Source: an uncultured delta proteobacterium | GTDB taxonomy: Bacteria > Myxococcota > Myxococcia > Myxococcales > Myxococcaceae | DNA length: 64,000 nt | Direction: 5' to 3' | Assembly: GCA_963771175.1 (NCBI GenBank) | Contig: CAVYSY010000027.1 | Coordinates: forward strand, 1 to 64,000 | In this document: positions 63,957 through 64,000 of the stretch, one piece after another | How positions within the stretch are numbered: the first letter of the stretch is position 1 | Layout of the letters: every line of letters begins with the position of its first letter | The notes under the pieces: model-generated | What the model was told of the DNA's origin: nothing | The model's database searches: none | Seen by the model: only the letters and a program-made list of their open reading frames with translations | Translations under genes and position numbers: made by a program

Positions 63957-64000
63957 GCACCAGACGAGGGAGCACTTCCCCCCGGGCGCCCAGGGAAGGA

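Overview
A very GC-rich bacterial window with myxobacterial character (Archangium/Cystobacter-like gene content; this assignment is inferred). Many conserved genes carry single-base indels, probably uncorrected long-read errors, so several CDS calls join frames. Accessory left part (1-9.8 kb): a ~0.65-0.9 kb direct duplication (tandem-RHH regulator plus beta-barrel gene) brackets a minimal RiPP locus (double-glycine precursor, ATP-grasp ligase, TIGR04500-like maturation protein). Next comes a module of an unannotated 53-aa secreted 7-Cys peptide with Cys-rich membrane-anchored partners, repeated at ~26.4-27.7 kb. Middle part: an AhpD/CMD-type peroxidase with an in-frame UGA in a CxxU motif and a SECIS-like hairpin (probable selenoprotein), kefC, a chagasin/papain pair broken by RAYT transposase debris, and a nuclease toxin-immunity cassette flanked by a duplicated gene 3' end. 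At 37.2-47.2 kb is an 11-gene NRPS/PKS-free amino-acid/lipid cluster: PPTase, non-canonical KAS III, thioester-reductase-like SDR, two carrier proteins, aaRS-like amino acid:carrier protein ligase, ferritin-like diiron enzyme, membrane desaturase, FAAL, FAD oxidoreductase and HIT. This is the best candidate for an undescribed pathway. Right part: acyl-CoA ligase, RluA, MATE, cydAB, an NsrR-reductase-truncated haemoglobin unit with NsrR boxes, and atpG-atpD-orf-atpC. No rRNA, tRNA or CRISPR array was seen.
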